The notes under the pieces are model-generated. The model was given only the letters and a program-made list of their open reading frames with translations, did not search any database and was not told the origin of the DNA. Of a stretch of 64,000 nucleotides of DNA, positions 28,828 to 38,050 are shown one piece after another (within the stretch, counting starts at the first letter, position 1; each line of letters starts with the position of its first letter). The stretch lies in assembly GCA_965205335.1 (NCBI GenBank), contig OZ242164.1, positions 416,046 through 480,045 on the forward strand. Direction: 5' to 3'. A program made the position numbers and the translations under genes. The DNA is from Candidatus Woesearchaeota archaeon. GTDB lineage: Archaea > Nanobdellota > Nanobdellia > Woesearchaeales > UBA583.

Positions 28828-29307
28828 ATGGCAAATTTTAGCGAAACACCACTTATGGAGATTATACTTCGCAGATACGAAAATCCTAAGGGATTATCCG
28901 AGCGCAACTCCATAAAAAAAATATGTTTATCACTTGGTCTGCTACAACCAGGAGACTCCCGTGACGTTATTGTTGATATTCTAATGGTTTTAGAAAGAGC
29001 CAAAAAAGATAAAAAAGAACTTAGCATCATCGAAATAAAAGATGAACTGCTTGAAATCAGAAGAAACGGCGGGCTTTCCTTAAACGGAACTGCGGACTCT
29101 AATATAAGAAGACAAATCAAAAGACTAAGAGGCGTTTTCCTTGTTGAAAAAATCAAAAATAAATACAGAATACTTGAATTTATGAGTTTATCAGACATTT
29201 TTGAGCAAAAAATTAAAAAAATTATTCTCGATGCAATATTAAAAAGAAGTGAAGAGTATTTAAAATACTACAAAAAATTTGAGTCAAGAGGAAGAAAAAA
29301 TGGATAA
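28828..29307 (+). CDS. winged-helix-like DNA-binding protein (putative regulator)
   Basis: 159 aa. The pattern SRDVIVDILMVL...LSIIEIKDEL...IRRQIKRL...LVEKI..KYRI is suggestive of a wHTH fold. Confidence 0.4.
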   Translation: MANFSETPLMEIILRRYENPKGLSERNSIKKICLSLGLLQPGDSRDVIVDILMVLERAKKDKKELSIIEIKDELLEIRRNGGLSLNGTADSNIRRQIKRLRGVFLVEKIKNKYRILEFMSLSDIFEQKIKKIILDAILKRSEEYLKYYKKFESRGRKNG

Positions 29308-30181
29308 AAGCAAAATATTTATTGGTGTTTTATTATTAATAGGGCTGGTTTTCGCAGGATGTTCACACAATCAAGAAGTAAGAACCAGTGGAATTCCAAG
29401 TATAGGAAGAGCCTCATCTAGCAGTAATAGTGGAGTAGTTTTAGAATTTGGAGAAGCTATGAACAATATACAGCCTCAGAAAGGACAACCATTTAGCATG
29501 ATACTAAACATGAAAAACTACCAGAGACACGAAATTGACAATCTGGAAATTAGGGTCTTTGGATTTGACACTGGCTATTTAAATTCTCAATTAGATAGAG
29601 ATGAGAGTTTAGGACCTGCAACAGATAGCGGTCATGTAATCAAAGCCTTGATTTATGAGAATGTTGTTTTAGATGGATTTGAAGGGGATTATAGTTGGAA
29701 TCCTGTATTCAAGTACTGTTATGAGGCAAAAACTCAGTTCAGAGAACAATTATGTATCCCAAACAAATTAGGACAAAAATGTGAAAATGAAGTGGGTTCA
29801 AACATTTTTTCAAACGGACCTTTGGGAGTGAAAATAGAATCAGTATTCCCAATTGGTGAAAGTGAGATAGGAATCGAGATTATGGTCTCAGACATCCTGT
29901 CAGGAAACGTTGTAAACGAATGCTTTGAAGACACAAACATAAATCCTTTTGGAAGCCTAAGCAATCCTCCTGCTGTAAGTTTAGGTTCTCAAGATGGTGA
30001 CTGCATCCCAACTTCATCCGACGACTACGTTATCACAAACGACATTTTAAAATACAGATGCACCTTTTCAAGAAATTCAGATGAGCCATATACCTCACAA
30101 ATCACAGTTAGAATGGATTACACCTACCAACAGGAAATAAGAAAGAAAATTGTAATACGTGACTTAGAATATGGCAGATAA
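29300..30181 (+). CDS. lipobox-bearing secreted protein, paralogue of 18313-19299
   Basis: Start chosen at MDKSKIFIGVLLLIGLVFAGC (lipobox LVFAGC). The track ORF begins at 29279. Confidence 0.55.
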   Translation: MDKSKIFIGVLLLIGLVFAGCSHNQEVRTSGIPSIGRASSSSNSGVVLEFGEAMNNIQPQKGQPFSMILNMKNYQRHEIDNLEIRVFGFDTGYLNSQLDRDESLGPATDSGHVIKALIYENVVLDGFEGDYSWNPVFKYCYEAKTQFREQLCIPNKLGQKCENEVGSNIFSNGPLGVKIESVFPIGESEIGIEIMVSDILSGNVVNECFEDTNINPFGSLSNPPAVSLGSQDGDCIPTSSDDYVITNDILKYRCTFSRNSDEPYTSQITVRMDYTYQQEIRKKIVIRDLEYGR

Positions 30182-30520
30182 ATGAGAATCAATAAAAATA
30201 GAATAATAGGACTTGTGGAAACTATTGTTTTGGAAAACAATAAAGAATTCAAAGCAAAAATAGATACAGGAGCTGACTCAAGTTCTATTGACTCAAACCT
30301 TTTAAAAAACCTAAGTGAAAAAAAAGTAGAATCATACAAAACAGTAAAATCTGCATTAGGCAAGTCACAAAGACCAACAATCAGACTAGAATTTAACTTT
30401 CATGGCGTCTCTTTCTCTGAAAGATTCACAATATCAGACAGAAGCAACCTAAGATATAAAATATTAATCGGAAAGGATATTCTAAGAAAGGGCAACTTTC
30501 TAATAAACCCAAACAAATAA
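30182..30520 (+). CDS. retropepsin-like aspartic protease domain protein (DUF785 / RimB-like family)
   Basis: 112 aa. AKIDTGADSSSID (DTGA active-site motif) and RYKILIGKDILRKGNFLINP tail. Confidence 0.7.
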   Translation: MRINKNRIIGLVETIVLENNKEFKAKIDTGADSSSIDSNLLKNLSEKKVESYKTVKSALGKSQRPTIRLEFNFHGVSFSERFTISDRSNLRYKILIGKDILRKGNFLINPNK

Positions 30521-30760
30521 ATTTCTAAACATTACTAATCTGCTCTCTTCTCCTCATTGAATTTTACTTCTAATGCAAACTTATAGTACATCTAAGACTT
30601 AATCCCAAATAACTTCTAAGTCATCATTTTAGAAACTCTCAAGTTATTTGGCAAATTAAAGAGATTGCTAAGTATTTTGAAAGTTTGTAGACAACATTAT
30701 TTTAACGAAAAAGAGTACATCTCTTTCTTTATTGAAGGAGTTTTAGAGTAAACAATGGTT

Positions 30761-31399
30761 TTATTTCTCTGCAACACATTCAACAAAATAAGATTTAATA
30801 AGCCCTTCTTCCATCGTTAAATGTTTTGATGAAGTATTTCTTAGTTTAATTATACTAAATTTATTCATTAGATTCTGTAAATACTCCCTAGAGAATAAAT
30901 GATATTCCTTTCCTTCGTAAACATAAAAATCATTTTCAACTTTATCTCCTTTTTGACATAGCAGGTCCTTTGTGGATTTACACTTTATAAAAATATATCC
31001 TCCTTTTTTTAGTAATTTGTGTAAATTATCAAAGATCATTATTGTTTCTTTATTTTTAAAATAGTGTAAGCTTAAATTTGCATAAATAATATCAAAACTG
31101 TTATCTTCAAAATCGATTTGTTTGATATCTTTGACTATTGGTGTTATGTTTTTCAGATTTATTTTTTTAAAGCGTTCATGAAGCATAGTTATAGCACTTT
31201 CTGAGAAATCAATGGCCGTCACATGAAAACCTCTTTTGGCAAAGTAAATTGAATCTTTCCCATCACCACATCCCAAATCTAATACTGTTTTAAATTCTTT
31301 TTCTTTGATTATTTTAAAGCTTTTTTTAGCAAAATTGGTTGTAGAAGTTTTATTTTGAATTTCACTCCATTTTTTATTCCAAAAATTTTTTTTCTCCAT
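30761..31399 (-). CDS. class I SAM-dependent methyltransferase
   Basis: VLDLGCGDGKDSIYFAKRG motif I, plus a DIIYANLSLHY post-I region. Confidence 0.8.
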   Translation of the reverse strand: MEKKNFWNKKWSEIQNKTSTTNFAKKSFKIIKEKEFKTVLDLGCGDGKDSIYFAKRGFHVTAIDFSESAITMLHERFKKINLKNITPIVKDIKQIDFEDNSFDIIYANLSLHYFKNKETIMIFDNLHKLLKKGGYIFIKCKSTKDLLCQKGDKVENDFYVYEGKEYHLFSREYLQNLMNKFSIIKLRNTSSKHLTMEEGLIKSYFVECVAEK

Positions 31400-31536
31400 A
31401 AATTACTTTGATAGATAAAATATTTATAAATTTTCTTAGTTTTTTATAAAAGTTATAATAAAAGTCCTAAAACTGCTGTTAACTTACCAGCCCAAATTTC
31501 CAATAAATTTAAAAACTATAATTCAGAGAATATCTT

Positions 31537-32598
31537 ATGATTAACTTAAGAACATATGGATTAAACCACATCTACTATGATGAGAACATAGACAACTTTT
31601 CAAACGTAGCCGTAGGACTTACCATAAGAGCCCTAGGACATGGACTAAAAATTGCATACATTGACTGTTCAAACACTGCAAGCAAATTCACAAACTTCTT
31701 GGAAAACCTATCACTCTCAAGATCATTTATAAAAAAATTTGACAGATTTCTAATTGATATATACAGATTCAAATCAGACCAAATAATGTCAAAAGCAATT
31801 CTTCCATTAGTAGAATTTACAAACATCCCCCACCGTATGTTCTGGAAAGAAATTAACTCATATGACTTAGTAGTATTTGACAAATGTAATTTTAGCTGCA
31901 TCCCTAAACTCAAAATAATTAACCTTCTCAATAACAAACCCAAAAATACAGAAATAGTTTTCGTTCTGGAGAACAAAAAAGAATTTGATGAAATTAATCC
32001 TCAATTTGACTTAATAACACGCTACAAATACACAAAGAAAAATACAATTATCTCAAAATCCAATATCTTAAATATAACAGGCAATGGCAAAGGAAAATCC
32101 ACATATTGCTTTGGAATGATCATAAGAGCTTACTTGAATAAAGAAGATGTAAGACTTATTTACTTTGATAAAGGGGGAGATTTCTACGGAGAAAGATACT
32201 TCTTTGATCCCTTAAAAAAATGGGCAAAAGAAAATACTCTTTACGGTAGATTTGACTATGTGGCAACAGGATGCAAAAGATTTGATGGTATATCTTTTAG
32301 ATTTGAAAACCACAAAGAAGATAAAAAAGAAGCAAAAGAAGGCTTAATGCTACTTAGAACTGCCCTAAAAAAACAAACACCAGTCATAGCCGAAGAATTG
32401 AACACAACAATAAAAACCAATCTGCTTGAAAAAAAAGAAGTATTAGATGTCTTAAAAAGTGTTGTCAATAAACTAATTATCACAGGAAGATACTCTCCAA
32501 AGGAATTTTTAGAACTCTCAAACCAGATTATTGAGGTAGAAGAAATAAAACATTATAGTAAACTTGGACACAGCGTCCGCAAGGGAATTGACTTTTAA
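31537..32598 (+). CDS. tandem CobA/CobO/BtuR-like P-loop protein; N-terminal half lacks the P-loop
   Basis: Second half has NITGNGKGKSTYCFGMIIRA...IITGRYSPKEF...VEEIKHYSKLGHSVRKGIDF. First half keeps VAVGLTIRALGHGLKIAYID and DLVVFDK but has no GKGK(S/T). Confidence 0.65.
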   Translation: MINLRTYGLNHIYYDENIDNFSNVAVGLTIRALGHGLKIAYIDCSNTASKFTNFLENLSLSRSFIKKFDRFLIDIYRFKSDQIMSKAILPLVEFTNIPHRMFWKEINSYDLVVFDKCNFSCIPKLKIINLLNNKPKNTEIVFVLENKKEFDEINPQFDLITRYKYTKKNTIISKSNILNITGNGKGKSTYCFGMIIRAYLNKEDVRLIYFDKGGDFYGERYFFDPLKKWAKENTLYGRFDYVATGCKRFDGISFRFENHKEDKKEAKEGLMLLRTALKKQTPVIAEELNTTIKTNLLEKKEVLDVLKSVVNKLIITGRYSPKEFLELSNQIIEVEEIKHYSKLGHSVRKGIDF

Positions 32599-32656
32599 GT
32601 TCTTCACTTTTTAGGAAATATAAACAATTATATAGATTTCAAAAATAATATAAGGT

Positions 32657-33328
32657 ATGGGTTTATTTAGCAAACATAAAAGTCAAGAAAGTACGCCACC
32701 TAAGGAACCTGAAGCACCTAAAGAAGATGTTCAAACAAAGGAATCTCAAATGTCCTCTAACATGCCAGAAGTCCCACAAGGTGCTAATTTATCTCCTCCT
32801 CCACTTCCAGGGAGTTCTTCTTTAGATGGAATCAAATCAGAAGTCGCCCCGATGTCTCCTGATTCACAGGTGCCTCAAAATAATTCGAATGATGGGCAAG
32901 TTCAAAATCCTCTGGAAAATCAGATGGACTCAGGTTCTTCTGATGATGAACTATTTAGCATGTTTGATATTGACACTCCACTCGATAGTAATTCATCAGA
33001 AACATCTCAGGACAATAAGGATTTATTGGAAGATATAGACAATAAAACGTCTGAAATGGAACAACCATCAGAATTATCCTTTGTCAAATCTCATAGAGAA
33101 ACAAACCCTCTAAGCATTAACTCTAAATTTCTGACAACTTCCCAATTCAAAGCAATGCTCGAGTTAGTTGAAGGAGTAAAATCAAAAGTTAGGGACTCAA
33201 CTGAAACTTACACAAGATTAATGGATATCAGATCTGAGGAAGACATAGAGTATGAAAACCTAAAAAAGAGTTTTCAGTTCATTGAGGATAAATTGTATGA
33301 ATTAGATAACATCTTATTTGAGAAATAA
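32657..33328 (+). CDS. acidic low-complexity protein with C-terminal coiled coil
   Basis: 223 aa. The N-terminal Pro/Ser/Glu-rich region looks disordered. The C-terminal 90 aa have heptad character. Confidence 0.45.
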   Translation: MGLFSKHKSQESTPPKEPEAPKEDVQTKESQMSSNMPEVPQGANLSPPPLPGSSSLDGIKSEVAPMSPDSQVPQNNSNDGQVQNPLENQMDSGSSDDELFSMFDIDTPLDSNSSETSQDNKDLLEDIDNKTSEMEQPSELSFVKSHRETNPLSINSKFLTTSQFKAMLELVEGVKSKVRDSTETYTRLMDIRSEEDIEYENLKKSFQFIEDKLYELDNILFEK

Positions 33329-33339
33329 AGAGGATTAAA

Positions 33340-33546
33340 ATGAAAAACAGAAGAGATATATTTGTAAAACTTAACAATACCTCTGAAATAGTTAAAGTTA
33401 TGAAAGAAATCAGAGCAGAAGAGAAATCCTTAAAAGAATTATTTGCCAAATACGATAAATTAAATGAACTAGAAAACAAAGCTTGTGAAAACTGGAGAGA
33501 TCGTATGGAAGAAACATTTAGAAGGATGGAGAACATTTCTTTATAA
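33340..33546 (+). CDS. small coiled-coil protein
   Basis: 68 aa. The IFVKLNN...coiled segment resembles the start of the C-terminal module in the two flanking genes. Confidence 0.4.
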   Translation: MKNRRDIFVKLNNTSEIVKVMKEIRAEEKSLKELFAKYDKLNELENKACENWRDRMEETFRRMENISL

Positions 33547-33549
33547 ACT

Positions 33550-34065
33550 ATGGTAGTCAAAACGCAAAACAATAATGAGAACTTGTATGTATCAATGGAC
33601 AGTTTCAAAGAAAAAAGAAGAAATTTGCTCTTCTCTCTCAAAGATTCCTTGATTTTACAAGAAGAATACGAAAAAGTCACAGAAATTCGAGAGCAGAAAG
33701 AAGAAGTTATCACACAAATCAAAAAGAAAATGAACGATATAAATTCATCTTATCAGAAACTAAAGAAATTATTTCCAAATGTTAAAGGTGTTATAACAAA
33801 CGCTGAGAAAGAACTATCTACACTTGACAGGCATTTTACAACACTTACACCTCAAGATAAGAAAGAACATGAAAAAGTTCAAAAGAATACTACGAAGAGC
33901 ACTAATACCCCAAGAAAACAAAAGCATACAACCAACAAAAATGAAATAAAGGCTACAGGTTATGTTTCTGAAAAAGCATCAGAGAAGATTAAAGAAGATA
34001 TTAGTAAACTTGATAGAATTAGAAATAACCTAAGGGTAATTGAATCCAAACTAAAAAAAGCATAA
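33550..34065 (+). CDS. coiled-coil protein with basic central region
   Basis: 171 aa. LYVSMDSFKEKRRNLLFSLKD followed by heptad-rich sequence. Confidence 0.45.
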   Translation: MVVKTQNNNENLYVSMDSFKEKRRNLLFSLKDSLILQEEYEKVTEIREQKEEVITQIKKKMNDINSSYQKLKKLFPNVKGVITNAEKELSTLDRHFTTLTPQDKKEHEKVQKNTTKSTNTPRKQKHTTNKNEIKATGYVSEKASEKIKEDISKLDRIRNNLRVIESKLKKA

Positions 34066-34075
34066 ATCTATTATA

Positions 34076-34693
34076 CTACTTCTTTTTCTGGTTTTTCTCA
34101 TTGCCTAGTTCCTCTAAAATCTCCTTAGAATTAATATACTTATAAAATACCATAATCACAATTATGAAAACTGCAAACATAATCACTCCATAATATCCAA
34201 ATTTTTCCCATGATTTTCCAAAATAATATCCAATACAAGAAAATATACTTGCCCAGATTCCAGATGCAATTAGAACTATTACAAAAAATTTTATCCTATT
34301 CATTTTAGAAATTCCTGCTGGAATTGGGATGAAAATCTTAATTGGATTAACTAATTTGCCAACAAACAAAAAAAAAGAGCCCCTTTTCCTAAAAGCTATT
34401 TGAATCTTCTTAATCTCCTGTCTTGGATTTAGAACATCTAAAAACTTAAATAACTTCAATGAATAATCCAATCCCTTTCTTCGTGATATCTCATACAATA
34501 TAAGATTTCCAAGAGATTGTGCAACAGCCCCCACTCCAATAACAAGAAACAAATTTAAATCCCCTGTTGATGCAAAATAACCTGCAAATATATAAACTAA
34601 TTGGCTTGACGGAAAACTAATCACTCCATTTAAAGTAATTAGAATAAAAATTCCAAAATAAGTAAGTGAAACGATTATTTCTTCTAAAGACAT
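34076..34693 (-). CDS. dedA: DedA / SNARE-associated (VTT domain) membrane protein
   Basis: 205 aa. FPSSQLVYIFAGYFA...GNLILYEISRRKG pattern of the DedA family. Confidence 0.75.
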   Translation of the reverse strand: MSLEEIIVSLTYFGIFILITLNGVISFPSSQLVYIFAGYFASTGDLNLFLVIGVGAVAQSLGNLILYEISRRKGLDYSLKLFKFLDVLNPRQEIKKIQIAFRKRGSFFLFVGKLVNPIKIFIPIPAGISKMNRIKFFVIVLIASGIWASIFSCIGYYFGKSWEKFGYYGVIMFAVFIIVIMVFYKYINSKEILEELGNEKNQKKK

Positions 34694-34696
34694 CTT

Positions 34697-34987
34697 TTAT
34701 GCATGATTTTGCAATCTCTTTGACTCCTTTATAATCAAATTAAAAACCTCTTCTGTGAACTTTCTATCAAGTTTATAAATATTAATAAGTACTGAACGCA
34801 TCCTCTTCATCTCATTCTCTCTTATTTTATCTATTGTCTTCTCAAACCCCATTTGGTCCTTAATATTACCTATCTGCTTTGCTACCTTCAATCTCTTACC
34901 AAGCAGATATAATATCTTAGAATCCAATTTATCTATCTTCTTTCTCAATTTTCTAAGTTTTGCTTCCATATTATTTGGATAAAACAA
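34697..34987 (-). CDS. chorismate mutase, AroQ class
   Basis: LRKLRKKIDKLDSKILYLLGKRLKVAKQIGNIK...IRENEM matches the AroQ helical motif. The true start may be M7. Confidence 0.75.
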   Translation of the reverse strand: MFYPNNMEAKLRKLRKKIDKLDSKILYLLGKRLKVAKQIGNIKDQMGFEKTIDKIRENEMKRMRSVLINIYKLDRKFTEEVFNLIIKESKRLQNHA

Positions 34988-35022
34988 AAGTATTTAAATC
35001 TTATGAATGCCTATTCTATTAA

Positions 35023-35982
35023 ATGTTAGAAACAAGCCAAATTTGGGTAGATAAATACAGACCTCAAACATTTAACGAAATCATTGGACAAGATTACTTT
35101 GTAAAAAGAGTTAAGGCATTCATTAACTCAAAATCCCTACCTCACCTATTATTTACAGGAGCTCCTGGGACTGGAAAGACCACAACCGCCTTAGTTGTCG
35201 CAAGAGAATTATATGGAAAAAATGGAACAACAGGAAATTTCTTAGAACTTAACGCCTCAGACGATCGTGGTATTGATGTCATTCGTAATCAAATCAAAGA
35301 ATTTGCTAAATTAAAGTCCCTTGCTGATGTTCCATATAAAATTATTTGCTTGGACGAGGCAGATTCTCTAACAAAAGATGCCCAGCAGGCCCTTAGGAGG
35401 ACAATGGAGAAATACTCATCATCATGCAGATTCATTCTATCATGTAACGAACTTGCAAAGATTTTAGACCCTATCCAAAGCAGATGCGTTATTTTTAGAT
35501 TTAAGAGTCTTGATGAAAAATCCTTACATACTCTACTCTCTAAAATTGAAAAAAAAGAGAAATTAAATATCGATAAAAACGCAAAAAATCTCTTAGTTGA
35601 GATTTCGCGTGGTGATGTAAGACGCTTATTAAACACCTTACAGGCAGCGGCCTCTATTAATACAAAAGTTAGTTTGAAACTAATTAATGAAATAATTGAC
35701 TTTGTAAACCCAAAAGAAATAGAAGATATGATTAACTATGCAGTTTCAGGTGACTTCTTTAAAGCACGTGACATAATGATTAAACTCAGAACTTTAAAGG
35801 GCTTATCCTCTCTTGAAATACTAAAAGAGATATACAGAAGAATCCTTGACATGGAAATTGAAGCTAAACTAAAAATTAAATTTGTTGATAGAATAGCAAC
35901 AGTTGAATTTAGATTAGTTGAGGGCTCTGATGAAGAACTACAATTAGAATCATTGCTTGCAATGATGTCTCTTCTAAAATAA
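35023..35982 (+). CDS. rfcS: replication factor C small subunit
   Basis: WVDKYRPQTFNEIIGQ, GAPGTGKTT, DEADSLT, SRC motifs. 319 aa. Confidence 0.95.
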   Translation: MLETSQIWVDKYRPQTFNEIIGQDYFVKRVKAFINSKSLPHLLFTGAPGTGKTTTALVVARELYGKNGTTGNFLELNASDDRGIDVIRNQIKEFAKLKSLADVPYKIICLDEADSLTKDAQQALRRTMEKYSSSCRFILSCNELAKILDPIQSRCVIFRFKSLDEKSLHTLLSKIEKKEKLNIDKNAKNLLVEISRGDVRRLLNTLQAAASINTKVSLKLINEIIDFVNPKEIEDMINYAVSGDFFKARDIMIKLRTLKGLSSLEILKEIYRRILDMEIEAKLKIKFVDRIATVEFRLVEGSDEELQLESLLAMMSLLK

Positions 35983-36175
35983 TCCAACTATACAATTAAT
36001 TACTATATTAACGTCATATTCATAAAAATCCATCCAAATTACCCATATTCCTAGTAAATTGGCGTAATGGAAACTAGAAAATTTTCTTTCTTAGACACCT
36101 GTACTATAAAAATATGAGACTTTAATTGCTAAAAAAGATATATTAGTTACTCATTAGTAATTAATTTCCGAAACC

Positions 36176-36183
36176 TTTATAAA
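36176..36183 (+). promoter_or_regulatory. TATA box TTTATAAA upstream of the 514-aa surface protein gene, implying a leader of about 50 nt
   Basis: Exact motif 72 nt upstream of ATG 36256. This is unlike the 22-nt spacing at most genes here. Confidence 0.45.
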
Positions 36184-36203
36184 TAACTATGTACTTATCA
36201 TAA

Positions 36204-36248
36204 TTACAAATGTGCTAATCGTCACTCAATGATGGTTAGCATTTGTAA
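36204..36248 (+). promoter_or_regulatory. 5' leader hairpin (14-bp stem with one bulge, 17-nt loop)
   Basis: TTACAAATG(T)GCTAA ... TTAGCATTTGTAA. Begins about where transcription from the TATA box at 36176 would start and ends 7 nt before the ATG. Confidence 0.45.
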
Positions 36249-36255
36249 CTAAAAA

Positions 36256-37800
36256 ATGAAAGTAACAAAACTAATAGCATTGATGGTTATGTCATTTATT
36301 GCACTTTTAGGAACAGCTTTTGCTCTTCCAGTTAGTGTATCTGACTTAACTATTCAAGGAGATAATGGGGACTACATTGCCTTAGTTTCTCTGGAAAATG
36401 CTAATGTGAGCACAGGCAGTCTTGACACATTAACATTTACTGTTGAGGAATTAGGTACAAGCGTAGAAGAAATTGTAAATGTTAATACAGAAACAACAAT
36501 GGTTAAAGCATTTAACCTAAGAGATGTTGTTGAATCATTTAGTTCCCTAAAGAAAGGGGAGACTTATGAATTAACTGTTGAGACATCATCTGGTAGTTCA
36601 GTATCCAAAGCATTCTTATTTGGAAGTGAAAAAGATACAGAAGGCCTAGAGATTGTTCTGGAAAAAGTTGAAGTTAACGGAGAACAAGTAAAAGATGTTG
36701 ACACCCTTCAAGTATTAAATGGAGAAACATTAGAAGTTAGCATGAGATTCTCAGCTCTTGAGAACGTTGAGGACGCAAGACTTAATATATTCATTGAAGG
36801 ATATGAACATGCATCAATCCTTGAATCAACTAAAATTTTCAACTTAGTTGAAGGTAAAACATATGTCAAGACTCTAAGTATCAATTTGCCAACTGATATG
36901 GACAACCAGCAAGATTACAAATTAAGAATCGTTGGTGCTAATGATTTATCAGGTATTACATACAAAGAGTACGTATTATACATAGACACTCAAAGACACA
37001 GAGTTGATGTATTAGACCTAACTATGACTCCTTCATCAGGTGTTGAACCTGGACAAAACATTATTGCTAATGTTAGAATGAAGAACAGAGGTCAAATGGA
37101 ACAAGACTCAGTTAGAGTAAACGTTGCTGTACCAGCTCTTGGTGTAAGTGAATCAAGCTATGTTAGTAACTTAAACTCCAACGAAGTAGCTACATCAGAT
37201 GATATGTTGTTATTCATACCAGAAGATGCAGAACCTAAGACTTACAATGTAGTAGTTACTCTATCATATGATGACGGATACACTGCAACTACTGAAGAAT
37301 TTGTATTAAATGTAGTAGCTCCAAGTATTCCAGAAGAAGGAAGTTTACTTGTAAGTTTCAAGAATAACGTAAACCTAGTTGCAGGAGAAGAAAACACACT
37401 AAAGATCGTTGTTGCAAACCCTACTAGTGAAAGCAAACCAATATCCTTAGCTCATGTTGACAATGTATGGTCAGATGTTGAAGTATCACCTACTCTAGCC
37501 ATGATTCAGGGAGGAAGTCATGCAGAATTTACAGTGACTGTTGTTCCTAAGAAATCAGTTAATGGTGAGAAAGAGATGAACTTTGTTGTTAAGGAAGGAG
37601 CTGAAACTGTTAAAGAATTTGCAGTTAACACATACGTTGAAGGTGAAGATAGGTCGTCTATTAGCTGGCTGACTATCACTTTAATCGTACTATTAGCTTT
37701 AGCTCTTGTTATACTACTGGCTCTGGTAGTTACTATTGCAAGAAGAAAATCAGATGAAGAGGAAGACGAAGAACCTTCATCAGAAGAGGAATACTACTAA
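36256..37800 (+). CDS. cell-surface protein with CARDB-like domain(s), C-terminal TM anchor and acidic tail
   Basis: Signal peptide. EPGQNIIANVRMKNRGQMEQDSVRVNVAV is CARDB-like. C-terminal helix LTITLIVLLALALVILLALVV is followed by RRKSDEEEDEE. Confidence 0.55.
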   Translation: MKVTKLIALMVMSFIALLGTAFALPVSVSDLTIQGDNGDYIALVSLENANVSTGSLDTLTFTVEELGTSVEEIVNVNTETTMVKAFNLRDVVESFSSLKKGETYELTVETSSGSSVSKAFLFGSEKDTEGLEIVLEKVEVNGEQVKDVDTLQVLNGETLEVSMRFSALENVEDARLNIFIEGYEHASILESTKIFNLVEGKTYVKTLSINLPTDMDNQQDYKLRIVGANDLSGITYKEYVLYIDTQRHRVDVLDLTMTPSSGVEPGQNIIANVRMKNRGQMEQDSVRVNVAVPALGVSESSYVSNLNSNEVATSDDMLLFIPEDAEPKTYNVVVTLSYDDGYTATTEEFVLNVVAPSIPEEGSLLVSFKNNVNLVAGEENTLKIVVANPTSESKPISLAHVDNVWSDVEVSPTLAMIQGGSHAEFTVTVVPKKSVNGEKEMNFVVKEGAETVKEFAVNTYVEGEDRSSISWLTITLIVLLALALVILLALVVTIARRKSDEEEDEEPSSEEEYY

Positions 37801-38050
37801 ATATTCCTTTTCAGATTTTCTCTAAAATCTTTACAAAGCAAACATAAGTTTCTAAATTACAGATAATACTTTATGAAACTTGCTATAACTATTGTTCTAC
37901 TACCTTAATCCATGCAATCTTGCTAAATATTGCAATTGCTGATTCAATTTAACTAAAATCAATTCTAACAATAACCTAAAATATATTTAAAACTAATGCA
38001 GTTAAATATTATAATTGGACAATCCTTAAGAATAATTAGGTAACATCAGA

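Noticed and set aside
28610-28834. Track ORFs that run through MITE copies (28610-28834, 47774-47995, 50150-50461, and the 5' part of 50511-50882)
   Set aside because: They are made of the same repeated non-coding element read in different contexts. Their ends depend on unrelated flanking DNA. None has a promoter at the canonical spacing.
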